A DNA stretch of 64,000 bases from Balanoglossus misakiensis. Its lineage: Eukaryota > Animalia > Hemichordata. Below the pieces are notes generated by a model. It ran no database searches. It was given only the letters and a program-made list of their open reading frames with translations, and had not been told where the DNA came from. This document shows positions 1 through 12,470 of the stretch, piece by piece. The position numbers were made by a program, and so were the translations under genes. The stretch covers positions 5,515,186 to 5,579,185 of the forward strand of contig CM082589.2 in the NCBI GenBank assembly GCA_040954595.2. The letters are read 5' to 3'. Every line of letters starts with the position of its first letter. Within the stretch, counting starts at the first letter, position 1.

Positions 1-3000
1 ACATTTCACATACTTTTAGAATTTCGTGAAGAATTAGTTGATTATCCCGCCTAACTCGTTGCTTTTTTCTGTCTCCCTTTGTCTCTGCCTCTGTCTCACT
101 ATCCCCCTTTCAACTCGACGATTTTTACCATAATGGACTTCTAACAGAAAATCGTAAGTCATGCCATTTGATTTCAATTGTTTTCCATATTTAAACTCCA
201 ACACGAGCTTTGTATATAATATGGTCTATGATGTAACTGGGATAGATCATTTCACATACTTTTAGAATTTTGTGTCGAATTATAGTTGATTATCCCGTCT
301 AACTCGTTGCTTTTCTCTGTCTCCCTATGTCTCTGCCTCTGTCTCACCGTCCCCCTTTCAACTCGGCGATTTTTTTTACCATAATGGACTTCTAACAGGA
401 ATTGGTAAGTCATGCCATTTGATTTCAATTGTTTACCATATTTAAACTCCAACACGGGCTTTGTATATAATATGGTCTATGATGTAACTGGGATAGAACA
501 TTTCACATACTTTTAGAATTTCGTGAAGAATTAGATGATTATCCCGTCTAACTCGTTGCTTTTCTCTGTCTCCCTATGTCTCTGCCTCTGTCTCACCGTC
601 CCCCTTTCAACTCGGCGATTTTTTTTACCATAATGGACTTCTAACAGGAATTGGTAAGTCATGCCATTTGATTTCAATTGTTTACCATATTTAAACTCCA
701 ACACGAGCTTTGTATATAATATGGTCTATGATGTAACTGGGATAGAACATTTCACATACTTTTAGAATTTCGTAAAGAATTAGTTGATTATCCCGTCTAA
801 CTCGTTGCTTTTCTCTGTCTCCCTATGTCTCTGCCTCTGTCTCACCGTCCCCCTTTCAACTCGGCGATTTTTACCATAATGGACTTCTAACAGACATCTG
901 TAAGTCATGCCATTTGATTTTCAATTGTTTGCCATATTTAAACTCCAACACGGGCTTTGTATATAATATGGTCTATGATGTAACTGGGATAGAACATTTC
1001 ACATACTTTTAGAATTTCGTGAAGAATTAGTTGATTATCCCGTCTAACTCGTTGCTTTTCTCTGTCTCCCTATGTCTCTGCCTCTGTCTCACCGTCCCCC
1101 TTTCAACTCGGGGATTTTTACTATAATGGACTTCTAACAGCCATATGTAAGTCATGCCATTTGATTTCTATTGTTTGCCATATTTAAACTCCAACACGGG
1201 CTTTGTATATAATATGGTCTATGATGTAACTGGGATAGAACATTTCACATACTTTTAGAATTTCGTGAAGAATTAGATGATTATCCCGTCTAACTCGTTG
1301 CTTTTCTCTGTCTCCCTATGTCTCTGCCTCTGTCTGACCGTCCCCCTTTCAACTCGGCGATTTTTACCATTATGGACTTCTAAACAGGAACATGTAAGTC
1401 ATGCCATTTGATTTCAATTGTTTGCCATATTTAAACTCCAACACGGGCTTTGTATATAATATGGTCTATGATGTAACTGGGATAGAACATTTCACATACT
1501 TTTAGAATTTCGTAAAGAATTAGTTGATTATCCCGTCTAACTCGTTGTTTTTCTCTGTCTCCCTATGTCTCTGCCTCTGTCTCACCGTCCCCCTTTCAAC
1601 TCGGCGATTTTTACTATAATGGACTTCTAACAGCCATATGTAAGTCATGCCATTTGATTTCTATTGTTTGCCATATTTAAACTCCAACACGGGCTTTGTA
1701 TATAATATGGTCTATATGTAACTGGGATAGAACATTTCACATACTTTTAGAATTTCGTGAAGAATTAGTTGATTATCCCGTCTAACTCGTTGCTTTTCTC
1801 TGTCTCCCTATGTCTCTGCCTCTGTCTCACCGTCCCCCTTTCAACTCGGCGATTTTTACTATAATGGACTTCTAACAGCCATATGTAAGTCATGCCATTT
1901 GATTTCTATTGTTTGCCATATTTAAACTCCAACACGAGCTTTGTATATAATATGGTCTATGATGTAACTGGGATAGAACATTTCACATACTTTTAGAATT
2001 TCGTAAAGAATTAGTTGATTATCCCGCCTAACTCGCTGCTTTTCTCTGTCTCCCTATGTCTCTGCCTTTGTCTCACCGTTCCCCTTTCAACTCGGCGATT
2101 TTTACCATAATGGACTTCTAACAGGCACGGGTAAGTCATGCCATTTGATTTCAATTGTTTGCCATATTTAAACTCCAACACGGGCTTTGTATATAATATG
2201 GTCTATGATGTATTAAACTGGGATAGAACATTTCACATACTTTTAGAATTTCGTGAAGAATTAGTTGATTATCCCGCCTAACTCGTTGCTTTTCTCTGTC
2301 TCCCTATGTCTCTGCCTCTGTCTTACCGTTCCCCTTTCAACTCTGCGATTTTTACTATAATGGACTCTAAACAGGAAGTTGTAAGTCATGCCATTTGATT
2401 TCAATTGTTTGCCATATTTAAACTCCAACACGGGCTTTGTATATAATATGGTCTATGATGTATTAAACTGGGATAGACCATTTCACATACTTTTAGAATT
2501 TCGTGAAGAATTAGTTGATTATACCGTCTAACTCGCTGCTTTTCTCTGTCTCCCTATGTCTCTGCCTCTGTCTCACCGTCCCCCTTTCAACTCGGCGATT
2601 TTTACCATAATGGACTTCTAAACAGGAATTGGTAAGTCATGCCATTTAATTTCAATTGTTTGCCATATTTAAACTCCAACACGAGCTTTGTATATAATAT
2701 GGTCTATGATGTGACTGGGATAGACCATTTCACATACTTTTAGAATTTCGTGAAGAATTAGTTGATTATACCGTCTAACTCGCTGCTTTTCTCTGTCTCC
2801 CTATGTCTCTGCCTCTGTCTCACCGTCCCCCTTTCAACTCGGCGATTTTTACCATAATGGACTTCTAAACAGGAATTGGTAAGTCATGCCATTTAATTTC
2901 AATTGTTTGCCATATTTAAACTCCAACACGAGCTTTGTATATAATATGGTCTATGATGTATTAAACTGGGATAGAACATTTCACATACTTTTAGAATTTC

Positions 3001-3940
3001 GTAAAGAATTAGTTGATTATCCCGCCTAACTCGTTGCTTTTCTCTGTCTCCCTATGTCTCTGCCTCTGTCTCACCGTCCCCCTTTCAACTCGGCGATTTT
3101 TACCATAATGGACTTCTAACAGGCACGGGTAAGTCATGCCATTTGATTTCAATTGTTTGCCATATTTAAACTCCAACACGGGCTTTGTATATAATATGGT
3201 CTATGATGTATTAAACTGGGATAGAACATTTCACATACTTTTAGAATTTCGTGAAGAATTAGTTGATTATCCCGTCTAACTCGCTGCTTTTCTCTGTCTC
3301 CCTATGTCTCTGCCTCTGTCTTACCGTTCCCCTTTCAACTCTGCGATTTTTACTATAATGGACTCTAAACAGGAAGTTGTAAGTCATGCCATTTGATTTC
3401 AATTGTTTGCCATATTTAAACTCCAACACGGACTTTGTATATAATATGGTCTATGATGTATTAAACTGGGATAGAACATTTCACATACTTTTAGAATTTC
3501 GTAAAGAATTAGTTGATTATCCCGTCTAACTCGTTGCTTTTCTCTGTCTCCCTATGTCTCTGCCTCTGTCTCACCGTCCCCCTTTCAACTCGACGATTTT
3601 TACCATAATGGACTTCTAAACAGGAACGTGTAAGTCATGCCATGTAATTTCAATTGTTTGCCATATTAAAACTCCAACACGAGCTTTGTATATAATATGG
3701 TCTATGATGTAACTGGGATAGAACATTTCACATACTTTTAGAATTTCGTGAAGAATTAGTTGATTATCCCGCCTAACTCGTTGCTTTTCTCTGTCTCCCT
3801 ATGTCTCTGCTTCTGTCTCACCGTCCCCCTTTCAACTCGACGATTTTTACCATAATGGACTTCTAAACAGAAATGGGTAAGTCATGCCATTTGATTTCAA
3901 TTGTTTGCCATATTTAAACTCCAACACGGGCTTTGTATGT
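1..3940 (+). repeat. Tandem array of a ~245-251 bp unit (16 near-identical copies, continues beyond the left edge), plus a diverged 17th unit at ~3970-4170
   Basis: Unit acatttcacatacttttagaatttcg...gggatagaa recurs at ~247-bp spacing. Variation is concentrated in a 6-nt site between cag and gtaagt. Confidence 0.97.
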
Positions 3941-4159
3941 AGCCTTAGATAACACTTGCTAAAGTGTTAAAATATTTCACATATTTGTTGACTTCCGTGA
4001 AGAATTAGTTTTGCACCGTTTCTAACTTGTCGCATCTCTGTCTCTGTCTCTCTCTCTCTCTCTGTCTCTCTCTCTTTCTCTCTCTCTCTCGCTTCCATCC
4101 TCGCTCAACCCATCGATTTTTACCATTATGGAATCAATATGGAATTCGAATAGTCGGAT
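148..4159 (+). CDS. Array of 17 putative 6-nt phase-0 microexons of the ZU5/death-domain gene
   Basis: 148-153 AAAATC(KI), 399-404 GAATTG(EL), 648-653 GAATTG(EL), 894-899 ACATCT(TS), 1141-1146 CCATAT(PY), 1388-1393 GAACAT(EH), 1634-1639 CCATAT(PY), 1879-1884 CCATAT(PY), 2125-2130 GCACGG(AR), 2375-2380 GAAGTT(EV), 2626-2631 GAATTG(EL), 2873-2878 GAATTG(EL), 3123-3128 GCACGG(AR), 3373-3378 GAAGTT(EV), 3624-3629 GAACGT(ER), 3871-3876 AAATGG(KW), 4154-4159 TCGGAT(SD). Each is flanked by YAG and GTAAGT, with an upstream CTAAC, a pyrimidine tract and an AG-free zone. Confidence 0.7.
4037..4090 (+). repeat. (TC)n microsatellite replacing the pyrimidine tract of the last array unit
   Basis: tctgtctctgtctctctctctc... 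directly visible. Confidence 0.9.
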
Positions 4160-4554
4160 GTAAGTCATACCACCATTTGATAATATTCTTTCAACTCCCG
4201 TGTCGTCTTTTAAGCCATTAAATTTATGATGACACTAGCGTATGCACTTTCACATATTTGTAGATGTAAACAATTAGTTGTTGTTTTTCCCTTCCGTATT
4301 GTTTTACCAATGCGAATTTATATCGTATTACCATATAAGATCTTCTTGACAAGATGTTATAGGTGTTTAAATGTTATCAAATAAATGAAATGGCATAGTA
4401 TGGCTTACCACTGACTCCTATTGCTATAATGATGATGACAGACAGACGGACAGAAATTAATGGATGTAGACACAAGGAGGTCACAATGCATAGAGGGGAA
4501 ATTAAATATAGTTTAGACGACAGCGAGAAATTAATTGTCCATCTTTTCTTTTAG

Positions 4555-7500
4555 TTGTTTCCGACGGTGCATAATACGGAAATACCAACAGGGATACAAG
4601 CGCAACAATTTGATTCAGAAGGTGGAATACTTAAGGATGCAAAATCGGGAGTAGAAGTCGTCATACCCAAAGGAGCAATACCTCAAGGAAGATTTCAGTT
4701 AATAACGTTAAAAATTTACAATGATCGTAGTTCCTATTCGGGTGTAAAATTTAAGAAACATGAGACCATTATGACGCCTGTTGTCGAGTGCTTGTCGCCC
4801 GGGTTGATACGGTTTCGCAAACCAGTTACTGTGAAGATACCAATATCAACGCCAGGTTACGAGCACATGCGTTACAAGCTGCTCTACAATGAATCTGAGA
4901 ATTTCACAGAAGATTGCGACAAGCAATGGAAGTGTGTTACCACAAAAGGGGGACACTTGGATTCCAAACGAGATGTCAATTTTGAAGTTGGCGAAAAACA
5001 TGTTACCATAAAAACGTTCCATTTCACCCGCTTTGTCTGTTCGGGTTGCAAAGAGAGCAAAGACCTGAACATGGAAGCAGTGGCCACCGGAAAGTATCTG
5101 GATCCAAACACCGTTTCTGTTCGTGTATACATTGGCAATGCTAGTGAAGACAGCAGAAAGAAACTCAACGAGAGAGAGCATGGCAATGCCCGTTCAGACA
5201 TAGTTCGGCTTCGAGTTGAAGACACAAGCAGAGACTGGATAGTACAGTGCGTTGGTGATACAAGGTCAACCAGCGAAGACTGGGAGTGGAAGCTGGAAAG
5301 TCCGTTAGATCCCCAGGTTTGTTAACTCTATTTCTACCATAGAACTTCTTAAATGATCTCATCAATCTTCTTTGGGAGAATCCATTTCAGATGCCAATAC
5401 TCTGTGTCTCACTGAAATGAGTCGCAAGCTCTACAGTATGTAAGTTGTTAAAGTTATACACCGTAATGTGTAGCCGATGGAATATTACTTGACAAGTGGA
5501 GAACAAATAGTATGATTTTAATGCTGCAATCGCACAGTTTGCTATATCACAAACATTATTATGTCTTAATATGTCTAATAAAATAATTCAGAGTATGATG
5601 CCGAACTGTCGTTTTTTGTTCATGGGTAGTTTTGTTTAAGTTAATATGTAATTTCTTATTTTACTTTTGCTGAATACTGAAAACACAAATATGTTATCTT
5701 TCTATCTTAAATTCAGATCATCCAAAGTGACGGAGACGACTGGTGTTGTGGAGATGGTTTGGCAGCATCAAAGGAGTTCATTTTTAAATCAAAAGAAACA
5801 ACTCCGACACCATACAACTGCTCATTTATTATACGCCAGTCAGAGCAAGAAACGAACAAAGGAAATGTGTTGTCCATTTACATGGCTGGTGTTGAGGTAG
5901 AGACATAGATTAATTTCTTTCACTAGTAAACAACGTCGATTCCGTGTTATAACCCATCTTTAAACCAGTGAAATATATGTTTCAGATGCACAATTGATGG
6001 ATTTAGCTCACCGCCAAAAACAAGTACACAGTGTCAGAAATAATCAGACAACAGAATTTCTTTCAGAATACTGGAGCACGTGGAGGGAATGCAAAACCGA
6101 GTCATAATAAGGTGACCTGTGCTGGTGAACTGAGTTCACCATCGAAGATTCCACGCCTGAATGGCATCAGTGATGTCAAAGAGATGGTAAAGTTGGCAAA
6201 CGATTGTGTACCAGATTCAATTCCGCCGGTCATAGAAGAGCATCCAAGACCAATCAAGGAAAGCAATACCAAACCTACTGGTCCTCTTACTAATGGTAAT
6301 CTGAAGACCACCGCAAGATATAGTTCCAAGACAGGAAAGGCGGGAAATGGCGCAGGCTATATTTCCAAAGCAGAATACGCACCGTCTTCAAGTAGGATTC
6401 TCACAACTGTCATTGACATCTACAGTATATCGTTCAGTGATACATTTGACTACTGTGGAGGAAAATTGCAACATCCTGAGTCAGATGTAAGCCTTACAAT
6501 TCCAGAAGGAGCAATACCAAAGGGTGTCACTCAGCTGATCGAGGTACAAGTTGGTCTTTATCCAGAACGTTTCAATCTCAAATCTGATGATATGGCAGGC
6601 AAGCACTACATGTCCCCAGTCGTCAACTGTGTCGCACCAGGCCTGACTCGATTTGAGAAACCAGTCCTGCTGAGCCTTCCTCACCGGGCACAACTGAAAG
6701 ATTCCAACTGGGCGTTTACTGTGCACGTCTCCGAACATGCCTCGGTTGAGAATGTGGTCTGGGAAGATGTGAACAGTGCAGATGAGAACGATGACGTCAC
6801 GTTTCAGGTGTGCGATGGATATGTGGAAGTCAGCCTCATGCATTTCACGTTAGTTACCTGCACAGCACACCCAAGAGAAATCTCATACATCAGATTACAG
6901 TCGGTCGCTTTTGGTAACTACATCAAACCATATAAGAAGCAGCTGGTGGCCATCAAGGTATACGTATGTGACACAATCAAAGACTACAACAAGCTGGTTG
7001 AAGAAAATGAACGAGCTTCCACTAAGTCAGATGTCATACTGATGTCAATACCCATAAAGGAACCCGTAAAGATTTCCTGTAAGGGCGACACAAGACGTGA
7101 TCCTGATGAGTGGGAGTGGCAACTGAATACTAACAGAGACTTGTTGCCCAAAACGCAGGTAAGCCATCATACATCAATTATACTAGTAAAATACCTTTAT
7201 CTATTTTACTGAAATGAAATTGGCAATATTTGAGAATGAAAATCTGTCCCGCTGAGTGACTTAATTCTTAATTAGCTTAGCGTTTACAGTAAAACCGCCA
7301 GGCATGTGTACTTTCACGGCAACCCTTACAAGCGGTAACATCATTCAACCATATATTAGTAGAATTTTTAGGTCTATTTTGGTGAAATATTGCATGCCTT
7401 ACGGTACAAAATATGTTGAATACAATCCCATCCTCCGTATTCTCTTTGTCCAAACTTTTAGGTCATCCATCCGCATCAGTTCGTCACCTGTCACTGTTCT

Positions 7501-8469
7501 CCAGCTGTTGCACCACATTGCCGCTTCGAGTTTGAACCAAAGGTAGACAAGCAGACACTGGACAACATTTATGTCACGTTCGGTATATGCTCAGAGAGAA
7601 ATGACACCGAGGACATTTTGTCCTTCCACTTTCCCGTGAACGAGGTGAGAAACAACGGATATTAAGACTTTCTGTATTTGTACTGACCAGATTTATGAGA
7701 GATTTCCTCAATTACAATGAAGGCATCGGATGGTCTGTTTATCGAAACCTCTTACTAGTTAGGATTCCTGTTGAGAGATGTTGGTAATTTCAGGTGTGGG
7801 AATGCCCAGCTGCACAACTTCTATAGCACTATGTAAACGAGTTGTTGGGTAAAACATACAATTCACGGCTCACCATTAATAATTCTTTACAGGAAACAGT
7901 GATTATGCCAAGCAAAATTGATCCAAAGGACTCAAGCGGTGAGTACTGAGTGAATATATTTTTTTATCTGCATAGGAATGTTCTTACTAGCGATACCGAT
8001 GACATCGTGAACATTTCGTTCTCACATTATGTCATATGAAAATAAGAAAAAAATATGAATAGTTTCATTTTGCCATACTTTCAATCGACGCACATTTTGG
8101 TTTTATTGAGTACACTTGCTAAATTATTATTACTCAACCATAAAACATGATATTAGAGAATGAACAATATCGCATCTTCCAGCAGTGTGCACAATAGATG
8201 ATCTGGGGCGTTTGGCAAGGATTTTGGAAGAGGGTGCTACAAAATCGGTTGTACGGAAGCTGCTGCAAGAAATGGTCAACGTAGACGCTGAAATTCAAGC
8301 AGTAGAGGGTGACAACTCAGCAGCCGGTACACAAGAAAAGAAGTACAAGTTACTCGATCTGTGGAAGATCAAAAAAGGGCAAGAAGCTACTCGGTCGAAA
8401 TTACTGCAAGCTCTCGAGGATTGCGGCTTCAAAGCCGCGGCGGATCAGTGGAAAGAGTCGACTGGTTGA
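4555..8469 (+). CDS. ZU5-UPA-like x2 plus C-terminal death domain protein (UNC5/PIDD/FIIND-like architecture), 5' end outside the window
   Basis: Exons 4555-5316, 5717-5896, ~6007-7158, 7462-7644, 7893-7938, 8183(or 8186)-8469 with GT-AG boundaries in compatible phases. ZU5 signatures FDSEGGIL..SGVEVVIPKGAIPQG..MTPVVEC..FRKPV and FDYCGGKL..DVSLTIPEGAIPKG..MSPVVNC..FEKPV. Death domain IQAVEGDN..QEKKYKLLDLWK..GQEATRSKLLQALEDCG. The acceptor of exon 3 is uncertain. Confidence 0.85.
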
Positions 8470-9944
8470 AAAGAAATCTCCGACTGAGGTAGTTTGAATA
8501 ATTTGTAATTGATCAGTGAAAAACTCTGTGTGTCTGTATTATTTCATTATTTGAATCAATGAGAATTGTATTTTTCCAACAAAAACACCCTGAAGAGGTA
8601 AAAGCAGGTCCTCTTTAAATTACACATACTGAATACTTATTTTCTGACACTCCTTGGATATAAATCAAATTATTCTGTCAGTATGGTTGGAGATATTGAC
8701 AATCAAACTATACTCCTGAGCCTCCAAATTTTACTTTTACCATCTCATTGTGTCACGAGTATTTTCAAGATAATGATTGCAGTTACTTGTATGTTTCTTG
8801 GCACTAGCAAGCCAAGTTTTATAAGTAATTTTTGGATAGCAGTTAAGAGTTTTTGTCATATTACGTTATTAGCTAAATGCAAGACAAGGAGTCTTGCAGT
8901 TTTAAAAATCACTGATAGTTCTCATCGTATCGTCAGGGGAGCCCTCGAATGTTGATCTGTCATTTGAAGTTTTATTAACAGATAAGGTTATAACACAGCA
9001 TAGAAATTTTGGTTTGTTTGTTTTCTTTAATCAATCGTTGATTCATCACCACCAATACAAGTCTACCAATAATATCCCGCACATTAAATGGGAAGGGAAC
9101 ATATATTACCCAGACAAGATAATTTATAGTTCAGATAATGACTGTCTTAGTTTATATTATGTAATGTTATAGACTCATTTCAAAGCAGACAGAATATTTA
9201 CTTAATGATCTCGAATAATTTGCTGTCTGAACCAGTATGACAGCACACTTGTAATATTTTTAAAGAGGTAGCTTCCACTAATGAACGATACATTTACATA
9301 ATTCTGTATTTACCCAGCGAATAGGTTTATAGTGGAGAGGCGAGTATCCAAATTGAGAGTGACGTCTGACTAATTATAAACATTTTGAAATTATAATGGG
9401 GTCAGAGCTGAGAATATAAACTACAGTCTTTCACAGAGTTACATAATAATCTGCAGTTGATAAATTATTAAATGTTTTTTTGCTCTGGTTCAAGAGTCGC
9501 GGAGCTACAAATTTCCACAACCTGATAGATTTTGTTTGTGTATGACAGGTTCATAATCGTACCATAAATAGTTGCACTAATACATACAAAAAGTAACAAG
9601 TTATGAGAAGATTTCATGATTGTAGATTTGACAATGACTATTCTTTTTCATGTTACTGAATTTTAACAATGGTATATAAGGTATAGACTTTAGTTTCTCT
9701 GTATTTTGAAGTATTCAAATTGTGACAAGGATGCTAGTTGATCAGTTTTTAATTTTAAGTGGATAATTTTGACATTGGATGAGGTGGGAACTTGTCACCT
9801 GTCAGATCTCCCTGGAACACAAAACTAAGATTTTGCTCCATGTTCTGTTCAAAGAATTATAACACTATGACATGTTGTTTTGAAATCGCTCAAGAATATT
9901 AACCAGTTCCCGAAACCAATCACTAAAATGCAGCAAAAAAGACT

Positions 9945-11320
9945 TGGGAACCCAGGCAATTTTGATAATATTGTGAAAATTTCAACACCATCTAGATCAA
10001 GGCAAGGATTCAAGCCTTTATGAATGTGGGTTTAAGGTTTGGGTATATGACGAATGATCTACGTGTAGTTAGTACATATCTTTAGTTTCCTGTGTTTTTC
10101 CTAGATGTGTTTGAGATTTTATTACAATTAAGCCCCTTTCCATATACGTGAAACTCTATGAACGCGTTGAATAAACACCAGGAATTTAAAAGCAATGTGA
10201 TGGTGTATATACGATCCATTGTTCTATTTCGGATTCACAGATCTAACTGTTGCTTAGATTCTCACCGTTCATAAGTTTCATGTTTATGGTCTTTATCTTA
10301 CAGTTATAATTTGTTGTGTTTTATTTACTCAAGTATTTGCTTCCTTTTGCAAAATACAATGTGGTAATAGTTATCGTAATAGTAATGGCATAATAAGCAA
10401 CGTTTACAATAACTATATATGATGAACGGCTGTTGCTGATCGTCATTTTTGACAGTGATTTCAGGTAGATTCATACAACTGGGAAACTGGGCCGCAATTT
10501 TTAGCCGGTTTAAATATTGCCAAGCCTATCCCATGGAAATAATTATCTTGAAATATTCCCGTATTATAGTATATTCTGTATTTCTTACCATTTGTCACAA
10601 TTGGTGAATATTTCAACACCATGGTACAAGGTACATGCAGATAAAGCTGTTACATGTGAAATTTGGTTGTTGGAATTTTCATCTGTGTGTACAACATGGT
10701 ACATATTTAGTTTGCTGTGTTTTCATGTTTCCTAGATGTGTAAGAAGTTATTTCAGTTAAGTCATTTGTCGTATACGTGAAACTATGAACGCGTTGAACA
10801 GACACCGGGAATTTAAAAGTAAAGTGCAGTATATCTACCATTCAGAAAAATGATGTTGCCACTGATATTAAACGGCAGTCATAAGTCGATCCATGTTGAA
10901 ATCTTTATTGTTGATCTGCTGCACATTGGCGGTCAAAATAAAGCGAAAATTGAACATTTAATGTTAGACTGCCTTAATGATAGATGACCATACCTATCCT
11001 ACTCCAAACATGGGTCAAATGTCATATTTACTTAGCCAGTTGCAAAGACCAGTAGAAAATTGACAGACAACCAACAGGGCTCACTGGAAAGGGCGATACG
11101 CAGACTGCTGGTTAAAAGATTACTCAGTGGTGTCAGGTGTTTCAAAAATAAGTTTTTCGAGTACACAAGGAGCAAAGATTCCAACCGTTCATAAATTTCA
11201 TGTGTACGGTCATATGTTACAGTGATATTTTGCTGTGTTTTATTTACTCAAGTTTTTTTCTCCATTATGCAAATCAAATTATTATCAAATTATTCAATGA
11301 TTGTAATAGTAATGACACAA
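9945..11320. repeat. Diverged tandem duplication downstream of the ZU5 gene (~9945-10400 vs ~10480-11320)
   Basis: Shared blocks atttcaacaccat, tttcctagatgtgt, atacgtgaaac..tatgaacgcgttgaa, accgttcataa.tttcatgt, tttatttactcaagt occur twice in the same order. Confidence 0.7.
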
Positions 11321-12337
11321 CATGCAATATTAAAACACAGTAATGTGTGCACATACCGTTTATGTCCAACATATGAGACAACAGAGCGGTTATTTTAATT
11401 GTTGTGATAACTTGTAGCCTAATCAGTTGTGTGAAATATTATACTCCAGTCTGCTGTGTTACATTTTAAGCGTTTCCTTTGCTATACACTTCGAATGAAA
11501 CAACAATGTACATCAAATCTACTTGAACAATTTGTTTTAAACATTAATAGATATACAACATATCACTTTTTACATTTTGTTTTATTCATACATAAAGCAA
11601 TTTGACTATTATCTCTAAATTATTTACTAATTTATTTTGAACACAAGAAGATCTTTTCCTGATTTTTACATGTACGCCATGTAAACCTTACTTAAATAGT
11701 CTAGTAATTGTATGATTTATTTCATTATTTACGTGTGCAATAAATGTTTTGATGATAAATTGCTAAAAGATAAATTCTAATGGTCTGTTGTCAAATCTTG
11801 GGTTAAATAAATATTGACTATTGGAAGTGGGCGACACATTTGAAGATAGCCTGTTCTCTAACGCTGACAGAAAAAGCCAACTGACAGAATCACCTCCGTT
11901 ATAACATGGACTTCCGTTGCATCACTTACAGTTTGTTTTAAATTAACAAAATCACCTGTGGAATGAAGGATATAGGCTTATATGCGTTATATGTCGAAAA
12001 GTGACTGTGCTGCCGAGTGGGTAAGAGAGCAGGTATGGCCTAAATGAATGAAACTTCGCGGTGAGAAAAAGTGAATGCCACGGATAAGCGCGTCCTACTA
12101 GCAATCGCCATTTCTGAAAACTGACCTGATCCCAAACAGTTAAAAATAACTCCTTCCCAGTCCCGTTGAACATGGGTATCCATGGTTTGTTACATGAGTT
12201 AAGTTTTCTATTGTTTTTCGTGACCAGCTGTGTTTATCATTGGCGTTCGTTATTTGCATATTTGTGTGACCAGGTGTGAATTCATTACGTTGCTCGTCAT
12301 GTACAAGCTCGCACGTTGCCACGTTGTGGGGGTAGCT

Positions 12338-12470
12338 GCTGTTTTGAACTGTCCTCGAAGCCGTGCTGTCTCAGGTTGTACTGGCATGGAAGCCGTGCTC
12401 TCTCATGTTGAACGGGCCTAGAAGCTATGCTGTTTCGTGTTGAACTGGACTGTAAGTCGTGCTGTCTACC
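12338..12470. repeat. Degenerate ~32-bp tandem repeat x4, possibly within an LTR-like relic
   Basis: ttgaactg..gaagccgtgctgtctc-type unit repeated four times. Confidence 0.6.

Noticed and set aside
252-455. 67-aa minus-strand ORF in the tandem repeat
   Set aside because: Non-ATG start and not maintained in other units; a chance antisense frame.
1-3940. CRISPR-like array (constant repeat with variable insert)
   Set aside because: Eukaryotic context, a ~240-bp repeat with only a 6-nt variable part, and no cas genes. Splice signals explain the pattern better.
8181-8185. NAGNAG acceptor before the death-domain exon
   Set aside because: Changes only one Ala; common and unremarkable.
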